Positions 46,473 to 55,070 of a stretch of 64,000 nt of DNA are shown one piece after another. Position 1 is the stretch's first letter; every line of letters starts with the position of its first letter. The notes below the pieces were generated by a model. That model was not told the origin of the DNA, did no database searches, and saw only the letters and a program-made list of their open reading frames with translations. This DNA is from a virus: IMG/VR virus record IMGVR_UViG_3300005805_000050, positions 58,087 to 122,086 of that record; one strand, 5' to 3'. The position numbers were made by a program, and so were the translations under genes.

Positions 46473-46688
46473 ATGAACCTGTTAATAGATTCTTTGGACA
46501 AGATTGCGGAGAAGTACATTCCGGAGGGCAGATCGAATCTGTTTCATGTACATTGTCGTACCGCGTGGGTGGAGACTGTGTACGAACTCATTGAGAATGG
46601 GCACATACAACCGACAAACAGTAACATAGAGTTTTTAGCAAAGTTTTGGGAACACGTTTTGGCAAAAAAATTCTCAACACTAAACTGA
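46473..46688 (+). CDS. hypothetical protein
   Basis: ATG 46473 follows ATATTTATA at 46459-46467. Confidence 0.6.
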   Translation: MNLLIDSLDKIAEKYIPEGRSNLFHVHCRTAWVETVYELIENGHIQPTNSNIEFLAKFWEHVLAKKFSTLN

Positions 46689-46695
46689 TAACTAA

Positions 46696-46974
46696 ATGGA
46701 TGATGTGGATATATTCTCATCTTTCGTAGGCACCATGCAATACGGAATACTAGGAATAGTTGCGCTGACCTTGGCCTATTTCGCAAAAAACCAATGGAAA
46801 AGATTGGAAGCTAAAAACAAAGAGCTAGAAGAAAAGGTAGATAAATTACAAGACGACATGCGAGTGCTTCTTACAGAAGACCGAGATCGTATGGCTACAC
46901 TCGTACAGGACAACACAAAGGCAATGCAAGAGCTTTCACGTATAGTCCTGGAATACATTGTCAATAAATCTTAG
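46696..46974 (+). CDS. single-TM + coiled-coil protein (holin-like topology)
   Basis: GILGIVALTLAYF then a heptad-rich tail. Confidence 0.6.
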   Translation: MDDVDIFSSFVGTMQYGILGIVALTLAYFAKNQWKRLEAKNKELEEKVDKLQDDMRVLLTEDRDRMATLVQDNTKAMQELSRIVLEYIVNKS

Positions 46975-46977
46975 CGT

Positions 46978-47191
46978 AACTTACTGGTAACCAACCAGTT
47001 GGAGATCCCCATTGGGAATCAATCAGTTACACAACTGGCTGAGTACCAAGCACTTGCGTGCAACCGCTTGGTAATCAATAGGAAAAAATTTTAGGGGGCC
47101 TATGTACTTTTAGCTGGGAATCGCGTACATTTGCCCTGTCAGTTGTGACCCGGGTACGTCCTATGCGCAACTGATTGGTTATCAATCACTT
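46978..47191 (+). promoter_or_regulatory. operator array 1: four 23-bp dyads, 30-bp core, TACATTTG box, fifth dyad downstream
   Basis: AACT-N3-TG(G/A)N3(C/T)CA-N3-A(G/C)TT units at 46978, 47006, 47033, 47062, 47169; core 47076-47105; -7 box 47126-47133. Confidence 0.8.
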
Positions 47192-47203
47192 AACAAATAG
47201 TTT

Positions 47204-47320
47204 ATGGTATCAGCGTTTTTGTTCCTCACAGCGGCTTATTATCTTAGTCGCACCACACCTCCACCTCACCACGATACGTGGGAGGAAATCGAAGCAAAAA
47301 TCAAAGCACGTAAGGCATGA
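47204..47320 (+). CDS. 38-aa small protein
   Basis: First ORF after array 1; ATGA overlap with the next gene. Confidence 0.4.
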   Translation: MVSAFLFLTAAYYLSRTTPPPHHDTWEEIEAKIKARKA

Positions 47321-47571
47321 AGAAAATCAAGATAGAAATGACGAGCTGCAAAAAGTGCGGTGGTCCCATGCCTCTCCTACGTGAGACGCTTTACGGATAC
47401 ACTAAATGCATAAAGTGCAGCGACGTCAAACCTTACGGTTGCGCACGCGTAACTAACCATAAGACAGGCAACGAAATCCAAATTTTACCATACGATGTAG
47501 CAGAGAAACACAATCGCATCGCCTCCAGACAGGGATACGGCGTATCAAACGGAATGAAATTCAAACACTAA
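47317..47571 (+). CDS. TraR/DksA-type Zn-finger protein
   Basis: CKKCGGPMPLLRETLYGYTKCIKCS. Confidence 0.6.
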   Translation: MKKIKIEMTSCKKCGGPMPLLRETLYGYTKCIKCSDVKPYGCARVTNHKTGNEIQILPYDVAEKHNRIASRQGYGVSNGMKFKH

Positions 47572-47586
47572 TCAATCAAAAAAGTT

Positions 47587-47811
47587 ATGACAAACCCATA
47601 CATCGACCAAAATCGCATCGACCGCACTCCTCAGATCGATGCAGCATTCAAGCCCACGATAGAGGACATCAAGAACGATCCAGCTTTTTACGCTGAGCTC
47701 GTCAACGATCTGCTTTACCACTGGACGTACGGCACTCGTGAAACCAAATTGATGCTGATGGCCCGTGAGAACGTGCTCATCGGTAACGGAGATCTTAAGA
47801 AAACCAAATAA
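47587..47811 (+). CDS. hypothetical protein
   Basis: aaagttATG start. Confidence 0.7.
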   Translation: MTNPYIDQNRIDRTPQIDAAFKPTIEDIKNDPAFYAELVNDLLYHWTYGTRETKLMLMARENVLIGNGDLKKTK

Positions 47812-47814
47812 GTT

Positions 47815-48246
47815 ATGAAAAGAGTCACAGTAAAACAACAGCTCGTCGACTACATGTTAGCGGCAGGCAACCCAGGTTTCACCTACACCGAGGTCATCAA
47901 GACAGTTCTCAAGCTAAAGTTCGGCAGCGGCTTCGTGTACGATCGCAGCTACAGAGGCTACTACTCGTGCGCGATCTCTGGCATCAACAACTACTTCATG
48001 AACGGTGCCGGCAAGTTCGGCCTCGAGAAGCGCGACGGCAAGTACTACGCCAAGTATTTCAGCAAGTGGGAACGCGTGTGGCGGGCCAAGAAGCTGATGA
48101 TGCGCAACATCGATTTCCTGACTGGCCGTGCCACTTACTACTATCCCCTGACTCGAGAGAGCGTGATCAGCGAGGGCATGGAAAAGATCAAGAACAGGTA
48201 CTTTAGCGCACTGAAGCGGATCGAAAAACAAACTGTAAACCAATAA
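47815..48246 (+). CDS. hypothetical protein
   Basis: aagttATG start; strongly C/G-ending codons. Confidence 0.75.
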   Translation: MKRVTVKQQLVDYMLAAGNPGFTYTEVIKTVLKLKFGSGFVYDRSYRGYYSCAISGINNYFMNGAGKFGLEKRDGKYYAKYFSKWERVWRAKKLMMRNIDFLTGRATYYYPLTRESVISEGMEKIKNRYFSALKRIEKQTVNQ

Positions 48247-48251
48247 AAGTT

Positions 48252-48494
48252 ATGACAACGAAATCAATCATCGCATCCATCATCCATGCCAAAAATGGTT
48301 GGGCAGTAGCCGAACAATTTGAAGACACGTGGCAACAGGACGAACCCTTCGAAGAACAGAACGGCAATGCACTGCGCCTCATAGAGAGCACGTGCGCTGA
48401 ACTACTCGAAAGCGGCATATTGGCAGAGAAGCCATACTATCAAGTGGTGGCGTATCTACACGAACTGCGTCAGTACCTCAATTCAGAAAAATAA
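48252..48494 (+). CDS. hypothetical protein
   Basis: aaagttATG start. Confidence 0.7.
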   Translation: MTTKSIIASIIHAKNGWAVAEQFEDTWQQDEPFEEQNGNALRLIESTCAELLESGILAEKPYYQVVAYLHELRQYLNSEK

Positions 48495-48499
48495 AAGTT

Positions 48500-48703
48500 A
48501 TGCATACACATTACACAAAACGAGAATTAGAAGACTTAGACACCATCGAACAGGCTTGGGACGGAGACGAGCTCAAGATCAAAGACGGCGATTACAGAGT
48601 GTGGCTTACACTCAGAGAGAATCGTGACTACAACGGAGATTACACCATAGAGAAAAAGATCGATGGTGTATGGACACAAGAATCTTATTATTTCAACCGA
48701 TAA
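48500..48703 (+). CDS. hypothetical protein
   Basis: aaagttATG start. Confidence 0.7.
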   Translation: MHTHYTKRELEDLDTIEQAWDGDELKIKDGDYRVWLTLRENRDYNGDYTIEKKIDGVWTQESYYFNR

Positions 48704-48713
48704 AATAAAAATC

Positions 48714-49007
48714 ATGAAACAGGAACACACATTCACGGCCACAGAGAGCCTATCGATGGAGAACTCCTTCACGGTTCTCAAAGAACAGGAGGACATCAAG
48801 CTCAACGTAACTGTGGGCATCAATAGCGACACCTACGGGTGGTTCGAGATCTACGACGACGAAACAGGAGGAGATGAGTGGTACGCTGAAGGAGGCATTT
48901 GGTTCGAGGATAAGCGAGTGACCGGTTACGACGGAGTGTTTGCCCTTCCCCTCTGCGTGGTGGAAAAACTCAAGGAATTAGGATACGACACAAAAGAAAT
49001 AGAATAA
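48714..49007 (+). CDS. acidic hypothetical protein
   Basis: aaaatcATG at 48714 preferred over the track start 48663. Confidence 0.65.
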   Translation: MKQEHTFTATESLSMENSFTVLKEQEDIKLNVTVGINSDTYGWFEIYDDETGGDEWYAEGGIWFEDKRVTGYDGVFALPLCVVEKLKELGYDTKEIE

Positions 49008-49008
49008 C

Positions 49009-49296
49009 ATGAGCAAGTTACCTAAAGTAAAATTTCTAGGCGAAGAGTGCACAGTGCACCTCGAAGCCTACATGCGGGGAGGACACGCGCTGCAGTTGAA
49101 GTGCGAAGACGGTTCTCCGATGGCGATGGCTACCACGTGGGTAGAAGGCCTCGGTCCGCAAGAGTTGGCCATCAAGGACTACTCGGAAAACGAGGGCATT
49201 TACGATCTGTTGCTTGAGGCGGGAGTCATACAGCCGTATCACCGCACCATCAACAGTGGTTTTACAACGCTTAAAGTGACAAAGCTAACTGAGTGA
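49009..49296 (+). CDS. hypothetical phage protein
   Basis: AIKDYSENEG motif; DUF4313-like recollection not verified. Confidence 0.7.
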   Translation: MSKLPKVKFLGEECTVHLEAYMRGGHALQLKCEDGSPMAMATTWVEGLGPQELAIKDYSENEGIYDLLLEAGVIQPYHRTINSGFTTLKVTKLTE

Positions 49297-49565
49297 TAAT
49301 TATTAACGATATGCAACAGAATCAAGAACCTTCGCAGCTTAGTATGAACTTGGCTATCGTAACGCTAACTTCATTTGTCATGTTTGTTATCCTCAAGGTA
49401 GGAGGCATCATAGACTGGAGTTGGTGGTGGGTGACCAGCCCACTGTGGATAGCAGTAATAGTTAATTTGATCGCCGTACTTGGCATATACTTGTCACTTA
49501 TGGTGCTTAGAAAATTGCTGGTCAAATTAGAAAATCAATTGAAACAAAAAGAAAACAACAAATAA
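49293..49565 (+). CDS. 2-TM membrane protein
   Basis: ILKVGGIIDWSWWWVTSPLW, a motif I recall from other phage membrane proteins. Confidence 0.75.
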   Translation: MIIINDMQQNQEPSQLSMNLAIVTLTSFVMFVILKVGGIIDWSWWWVTSPLWIAVIVNLIAVLGIYLSLMVLRKLLVKLENQLKQKENNK

Positions 49566-49568
49566 GTT

Positions 49569-49916
49569 ATGGTAAAGTGTCACGTAATCATTAAGGATCG
49601 TAAGAACAAAGTGTTGCTCGAGAAGGAGTTCGATAGCAAGAATCCCCACATCGCGGCTCAAAAGTTTTCGAAGATGTACCCAGAAGGTTGGGTAAATCTA
49701 AAGCAGATCGAAGGCCGAGGAGACTTGTATATTGCTCTGTCGCCTGAAAACATGCAAAAGGATCAAGAGAGGGTTGATAACGGAGATATGACCATCTCTG
49801 CCTTTGTAAGCAAGTGGTATCCGGGTAAGAAAGCAACGAAGCGAGACGTCAAATCTCAAATCACTAAAGAGTACGATACAGAAGATGTAGTAGAAGAATT
49901 CAATATTTACGAATAA
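49569..49916 (+). CDS. hypothetical protein
   Basis: aagttATG start. Confidence 0.7.
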   Translation: MVKCHVIIKDRKNKVLLEKEFDSKNPHIAAQKFSKMYPEGWVNLKQIEGRGDLYIALSPENMQKDQERVDNGDMTISAFVSKWYPGKKATKRDVKSQITKEYDTEDVVEEFNIYE

Positions 49917-49930
49917 TAAACAACAAGAAC

Positions 49931-50254
49931 ATGAAGAAACAAGCTCCCATAAAAAAGGCAACTAAGAAGCCAAAGAAGAAAGCAATAAGCAAAATGACTA
50001 AGGCCACGAAAAAGACCAAGGCCATCAAAAAAACTAAGACCGTTGACCATCTGTGTAAAGTTTGCGGTGAGATCATTCATCCAAAACGCGTAGAATTGGG
50101 ATATAAAGAAACGTGTGTCAAGCATTCGACCGCAGAGCGGTTTACCGCAGCCATATCCACAGTAAACATGGAAGGGGATACAGAAATCTCTATCATCCGT
50201 GATCCGAGAGTGGCAGAGCGTTTAGAGCAGCTTGACTATATTTATAAGAGATAA
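49931..50254 (+). CDS. TraR/DksA-type Zn-finger protein with Lys-rich N-tail
   Basis: CKVCGEIIHPKRVELGYKETCVKHS; K/A/T-rich first 36 aa. Confidence 0.65.
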   Translation: MKKQAPIKKATKKPKKKAISKMTKATKKTKAIKKTKTVDHLCKVCGEIIHPKRVELGYKETCVKHSTAERFTAAISTVNMEGDTEISIIRDPRVAERLEQLDYIYKR

Positions 50255-50265
50255 CACACATTACT

Positions 50266-50448
50266 ATGCCTAAGTTAGATAAACTCACACCAGAGAGACG
50301 CCAACAGCTCAAGGAGTATCTGGATTCTCTTCAAGAGATACACAAGGAGATACAGGAAATCTTGGGCGAGGCGAACATGTCTCTTAAAGAAGTCGGTGGA
50401 AATAAATCCACCGGCCTCAGGATGAACGAACGAAAGAAAAACAAATGA
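50266..50448 (+). CDS. small coiled-coil protein
   Basis: ATATTTATA at 50238-50246 upstream. Confidence 0.6.
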   Translation: MPKLDKLTPERRQQLKEYLDSLQEIHKEIQEILGEANMSLKEVGGNKSTGLRMNERKKNK

Positions 50449-50657
50449 ACGTAACAAAATACTTTCTCGCAAAGGTACAGTTTGTAACTGAGGACGAGAG
50501 ATCGGGCAAACTAAAGAAGGTCATGGTCCAATACCTTGTGGACGCTATGAGCTGTACCGAAGCAGAGGCCAGAGTGGTTAAATACCTAGACGGGGTATCC
50601 AACTACGAGGTTAAGTCCGTGGCTGAATCGCCAATATCGGCGATCATCGCGGCTTAA
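50445..50657 (+). CDS. DUF4494-like protein
   Basis: KKV..QYLVDAMSCTEAEARV matches the Bacteroidota DUF4494 pattern. Confidence 0.75.
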   Translation: MNVTKYFLAKVQFVTEDERSGKLKKVMVQYLVDAMSCTEAEARVVKYLDGVSNYEVKSVAESPISAIIAA

Positions 50658-50662
50658 AATAT

Positions 50663-51057
50663 GGGGGCGACTGGTATTGACAGGTGAGATCAGTTGTTAC
50701 TTGCAAGCAGAGTCAGATGGGAACTCTTAAATCCCCTATCGCAGAATAAACGGAGAACAAATCTCTACCTTTACCTTCGCAGATGCCATGGCATTTGTAG
50801 GTGCAGAAGAATACGCCCTAGCGGCCTAATCTCGTCCCGCATCGCTCGTGGGATGGTTAAACAAGAAGCGAAGCAGTTTTCTTGGTAGTCACAAAACCAA
50901 GTGGTGGATCCCGGACCTCCGGAGCCCAGTATGGCGCAGCGGCCAAGTCGAACCGCTGCCACCGTCAGTTCGAGCGGTGTGAGAATTCGAAACAAGCTTG
51001 TAAACGAGGGTAGCAGTTGAATTATTCTGGACGTGGGTTCGAGTCCCACCGCCTCCA
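50663..51057 (+). ncRNA. ssrA: tmRNA
   Basis: Acceptor GGGGGCG/CGCCTCC with G3-U70; T arm GTGGG-TTCGAGT-CCCAC; resume context ATAAAC-GGA; tag GEQISTFTFADAMAFVGAEEYALAA* at 50752-50829. Confidence 0.95.
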
Positions 51058-51115
51058 CTGATATTTATTGGAAAGGTTATACTAAGGGTTTATGTAAACC
51101 TAAACAGTATAACAC

Positions 51116-51373
51116 ATGAAACAATTCTTTAGAGATCTGTTCAGCGACGACAATCAAATCAACGAGAAGTCGTTCGTAGGTTTCGTAGCATTTGTCTGTA
51201 TGGTGATAGCACTATTCACCGACCTGGTTACAGGTTGGATGGGTAAGGAGCTAGTCGTTAACGAATTCATATTCGATGGTTTTATGGTCATCGTTCTCGG
51301 ATCGTTTGGCATCGGGTCGATTGACAAATTCATAAATGCCAGAAAAGGACAAAAAACCGAAACCGAAGAATAA
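51116..51373 (+). CDS. 2-TM membrane protein, holin candidate
   Basis: Two hydrophobic helices; ATATTTATT at 51061; precedes the lysin candidate. Confidence 0.6.
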   Translation: MKQFFRDLFSDDNQINEKSFVGFVAFVCMVIALFTDLVTGWMGKELVVNEFIFDGFMVIVLGSFGIGSIDKFINARKGQKTETEE

Positions 51374-51374
51374 C

Positions 51375-51953
51375 ATGAGCAATCACAAGTACAACAAGGA
51401 AAAGATCGAGAAGGCAGTAAAGGCAAAGGGCTACAAGTGGTTCGAAGACCAAGTCAACATTGTAGGCGTTAGAAACTCTGCCACAGGCAAGGACGTTACC
51501 AACGCATTCGATGACATGATAACCATATGCAAACTAGAGAACGGCGTGTGGAAGTATAACGAATGGCCTGCTACCACCGATCCAGGCAAAAGAGCCGTGT
51601 TAGAAGCAAAGAACCCCGCAGGCGTTGCGCGTCTTGTTCCGGGCCAATACATCAATTCCCACATAATCAGACTTCACAAAGGTAAGTACGAAGCCCTTGG
51701 TCAAAACAAACCCGTGAAAGTTTTCAGAGACGCAAACAAAGATTTGAAATATGACGAAACGAAAATTCAAGAAGGGGTATTTGGAATCAATATACACAAA
51801 GCTGGTGTGGATAGCACTATTGTGGAAAATTGGTCAGAGGGATGCCAAGTGTTTAAGAGAGAACAGGAATTCCTGGCTTTCATGGCTATAGCCAAGGCAT
51901 CGGGTCAAAAAGATTTTACTTACACTCTAATAGAGAGCAAAGACATAGCATAG
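51375..51953 (+). CDS. YkuD / L,D-transpeptidase-fold peptidoglycan enzyme, endolysin candidate
   Basis: TTDPG, LVPGQY, GINIHKAG...WSEGCQV (His...S.GC motif); ATG 51375 preferred. Confidence 0.65.
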   Translation: MSNHKYNKEKIEKAVKAKGYKWFEDQVNIVGVRNSATGKDVTNAFDDMITICKLENGVWKYNEWPATTDPGKRAVLEAKNPAGVARLVPGQYINSHIIRLHKGKYEALGQNKPVKVFRDANKDLKYDETKIQEGVFGINIHKAGVDSTIVENWSEGCQVFKREQEFLAFMAIAKASGQKDFTYTLIESKDIA

Positions 51954-51954
51954 C

Positions 51955-52227
51955 ATGAGTTCATCTAAAAACGTAACCAGCTTTTTGGGATCCCTTCTAG
52001 TGTTAGCTATAGCAATCAGCATATTCTTTATGTTGATGACTACAGAGATGCCCGCGAGTAACAGAGAGTTGCTGATAGCGTTCGTGTCTGTACTTTTTGG
52101 TGCAATGGCCGGATCAATAAAGAAGATCACAGGCGACGATGAAGCAGGTCAGATCGTAAAAGATCTTGAAGCAAAAAACCAAGCGTTGGAACAACGCATC
52201 AAAGATTTGATGGGAGGCAAGACCTAA
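51955..52227 (+). CDS. 2-TM + coiled-coil membrane protein
   Basis: Two TM helices and a charged tail; in the putative lysis cassette. Confidence 0.65.
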   Translation: MSSSKNVTSFLGSLLVLAIAISIFFMLMTTEMPASNRELLIAFVSVLFGAMAGSIKKITGDDEAGQIVKDLEAKNQALEQRIKDLMGGKT

Positions 52228-52515
52228 ATGAAAATAAGAGAGATCATAACTTTAGCAGTAGGCACTGTAGCAGTATTAGTATTTACGGGATTCATGTTCG
52301 ATTACTACCTGAGGGCTGAAGAGGTGCAGGTGATAAAGAGAGATATGTATTTCGATTCACTGATACTCAAGGAGCAAATGCACCTAAGGGTAAAAGACAG
52401 TCTGTTAGAGAAACACATACATGAGGAAGACGAACGCACGCGCAAAATCCTGCAGTACCACAACCACCAGATAAAAAAAATACAGGATCAGTTAAAAAAT
52501 ATCGAAAATAAATAA
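52228..52515 (+). CDS. 1-TM + coiled-coil protein, spanin-like topology
   Basis: N-terminal TM, helical C-terminus. Confidence 0.55.
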   Translation: MKIREIITLAVGTVAVLVFTGFMFDYYLRAEEVQVIKRDMYFDSLILKEQMHLRVKDSLLEKHIHEEDERTRKILQYHNHQIKKIQDQLKNIENK

Positions 52516-52574
52516 CACTCGAGATCAAGATTGTTATGTGATCTCGTTATTTGGTTTATTGAAAATAAAAACGC

Positions 52575-52841
52575 ATGTTATTAGTATTATACTTCACCGC
52601 TTCGTGGTGCGGACCCTGTAAGATGTTCGGACCCATCGTTTCACAAGTTCAATCTAAAGTTCCAAACGTCAACATATCTAAGGTTGATGTCGATGCCTCA
52701 GTGAATTCTCAATTGGTGACAACGTACAATGTTACCAGCGTACCCACTCTTATATTCGTTAAAGACGGAGTCCAAGTATTCAGGAAATCAGGCATAATGA
52801 CCGAACAAGAATTATTATCCACCATAAACAAGTATTCGTAA
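52575..52841 (+). CDS. trxA: thioredoxin
   Basis: FTASWCGPCK, VDVD, SVPTL. Confidence 0.95.
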   Translation: MLLVLYFTASWCGPCKMFGPIVSQVQSKVPNVNISKVDVDASVNSQLVTTYNVTSVPTLIFVKDGVQVFRKSGIMTEQELLSTINKYS

Positions 52842-52842
52842 T

Positions 52843-53079
52843 ATGAAAGCAGTTTTGAAATTTCAATTGCCCGAAGAGACACGTGAATTTGAATGCGCGT
52901 CGAAATCGTTAGAATTGGTGTTAGCACTATGGGACATGGATCAGTACCTTCGAAATAAGATGAAGTACGAATCCGAAAACATGAGCGAAGAAGTATATAA
53001 AACACACGAAGAGATTAGATCACACTTAATCAATTTGATGGAGGAGCGTGGTTTGAACTTCGATTTCCTAATGCACTAG
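52843..53079 (+). CDS. hypothetical phage protein
   Basis: MKAVLKFQLPEE...LWDMDQYLR. Confidence 0.75.
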   Translation: MKAVLKFQLPEETREFECASKSLELVLALWDMDQYLRNKMKYESENMSEEVYKTHEEIRSHLINLMEERGLNFDFLMH

Positions 53080-53088
53080 AAACATCTT

Positions 53089-53243
53089 AACTCGCTGATA
53101 ACCAATCAGTTGCGCAAAGCATTGGAAATCAACGCGTTGGATAACTCGTTGGAAATCAACACGATGCTTGCAACTGCTTGGTTTCCAATAGGAAAAAATT
53201 TTAGGGGGCCTATGTTATATTATAGCAGAATCGTGTAGGTTTG
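53089..53243 (+). promoter_or_regulatory. operator array 2: four 23-bp dyads, same 30-bp core, TAGGTTTG box
   Basis: Units at 53089, 53116, 53143, 53172; core 53186-53215 identical to 47076-47105; -7 box 53236-53243. Confidence 0.8.
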
Positions 53244-53296
53244 CTATGGATTTGTTCTGGGACAACTAACCATCCCCCGGCCTATCCAAAGTTAAT

Positions 53297-54280
53297 ATGG
53301 GTAAATCAAACTCCACTACCGCAAACTTGACCTACGCACAGCGCTACTACATTAAGATCAAAGCCGAACGTCTCGGTATGACCTTCGACGAGTACGTTAA
53401 CTCTGACCACTATCAAAAAGGTGGCAGCAAACGCAAGGCTTCCGCTACTGTAGGCTCTTCGCCTCGTGCACTAATCACAGAGCGCAACATCGCTTTCGAT
53501 CGTGTGTGCTCTCTCGATAAGCTTGCTGTCAACGATGACATGCTGCGTGTCAACAAAACTGGTTTGGCCCTCGATGCCATGTTCTCTCACGACGGTGGTA
53601 TACCCGTAGGCACTAACGTAATGTGTACCGGTGACCCAGGTGTAGGTAAAACTACGCTGCTCATGCACGCTATGTCCCACCTGCAGCACGAAAACAAGTC
53701 GCTCAAGTGTGTGTTCATCTCTGCCGAAATGTCGAAGATTCAGGTCTACAAATACATGAAGCGTTTCCCCGCCTTTGCGAATCTCGAGACGATGTTCACG
53801 TCAGACTTTTTGGACTACAATATGAAAGACGTCATCGAGCAATTGCTCCAGTCTGGCTACGACTACGTTCTCATGGACTCTATCGTCGAGGTGCTTGACT
53901 CTGTTAAGGAAGACAATCGATGGTCGCAAGGTCAGGCAGAAAAGTGGCTCATCGATCTGTGTGTTAAGCATAACGAAGCCAACAACAAGGCTAATAAGTA
54001 CACCACGTTCCTGCTCATTCAGCAAGTGACTAAGGCTGGTGTGTTCGTCGGTTCTAACAAGATGAAGCACATCACCGATGCACACTTAGAGATGAAGCGT
54101 GAGAGCGAGCGAGACGGCGGTGGCACATACCTTTACTTCGCTAAGAATCGTAACGGCCGTGCTGGTGTCAAGTATCCGTTCATGCTGAGCTCGAGCGAGA
54201 TCTACTACGATCCTACTGCAATCTTCGGCAATTCAGAAAGCGAAGAGCGTACGTTTCAATTGGAAAACCAAACACGATGA
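53297..54280 (+). CDS. RadA/Sms-like RecA-fold ATPase without Zn finger or Lon domain
   Basis: GDPGVGKTT, FISAEMS, LMDSI, QQVTK.G...G, H..DA, KNRNG. Confidence 0.8.
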   Translation: MGKSNSTTANLTYAQRYYIKIKAERLGMTFDEYVNSDHYQKGGSKRKASATVGSSPRALITERNIAFDRVCSLDKLAVNDDMLRVNKTGLALDAMFSHDGGIPVGTNVMCTGDPGVGKTTLLMHAMSHLQHENKSLKCVFISAEMSKIQVYKYMKRFPAFANLETMFTSDFLDYNMKDVIEQLLQSGYDYVLMDSIVEVLDSVKEDNRWSQGQAEKWLIDLCVKHNEANNKANKYTTFLLIQQVTKAGVFVGSNKMKHITDAHLEMKRESERDGGGTYLYFAKNRNGRAGVKYPFMLSSSEIYYDPTAIFGNSESEERTFQLENQTR

Positions 54281-54516
54281 GATATATCATAATGATCACG
54301 CTGCTCGTAATGTCAGCATCATGCGCTTCGACAAAAGTCAGAGCCAAAAAGAAGATTACGATAGAGGATTTGAAAATAGGAAATGAATTGTACGGCGTAA
54401 AAGACAACGCCTACTTTTATTTCATGATTGACAGTGTGGGTCGTAAGCACTTAGTAAAGACTCACATGATGAATTCTCAAAGAGTTATTTGGACAGAACC
54501 CCTTATCAAACAATAA
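54277..54516 (+). CDS. putative lipoprotein
   Basis: Signal peptide ending SASC. Confidence 0.6.
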   Translation: MRYIIMITLLVMSASCASTKVRAKKKITIEDLKIGNELYGVKDNAYFYFMIDSVGRKHLVKTHMMNSQRVIWTEPLIKQ

Positions 54517-54517
54517 T

Positions 54518-54856
54518 ATGAGTATAGTAAAAATCGAATCACACTTGCCTGCAGCTAGCTTCGAACTCGACGGCAAGTTTTGGTTGGCATGCGGTGCCAA
54601 CTGGATCGAAGTCGACCACGTCTACACGCCAGAGGAATTGAAGCAAGCGTGGGTATATAAGAAGCAGACGTACGATGCTCCTATCAAAAGCGTGGCCACA
54701 AAGGCCAAATCGTACAAGGTAGTAGGCAGTAAGGGCAATGTATACACCGTCAAGGTAAAAGACGGAAAATGGAGTTGCACTTGTCCCTCTGCGGCCTTCA
54801 GGCAATTCAACGAGTGTAAGCACATCAAATCATTAAAAGAAAAATATGGAGAATAA
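54518..54856 (+). CDS. SWIM Zn-finger protein
   Basis: WSCTCP...CKH. Confidence 0.85.
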   Translation: MSIVKIESHLPAASFELDGKFWLACGANWIEVDHVYTPEELKQAWVYKKQTYDAPIKSVATKAKSYKVVGSKGNVYTVKVKDGKWSCTCPSAAFRQFNECKHIKSLKEKYGE

Positions 54857-54998
54857 GAAGAGTTGTTTTGAAGTCTTATTGAATCTAATCTTTGGATTTG
54901 TGATAGGAATTCTAACTGTGTATGCGCTAATCATCGCAGCATCAGCCGTGATCATACTGGTATTTTTAGGAATAGTAATCAACGCTTTAATAAACTGA
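54846..54998 (+). CDS. 50-aa membrane protein
   Basis: Long hydrophobic stretch; below the track cutoff. Confidence 0.5.
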   Translation: MENKKSCFEVLLNLIFGFVIGILTVYALIIAASAVIILVFLGIVINALIN

Positions 54999-55070
54999 TA
55001 TGGTGGGCAGCAAAAGATTATTGGTACTCATGTGTGTGTTTCTCATCGTTAAAATCATACTATCACACTT

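Noticed and set aside
46978-47191. Mini-CRISPR or integron attC array
   Set aside because: Units are degenerate dyads separated by only 4-6 nt, with no spacers and no GTTRRRY cassette boundaries around ORFs.
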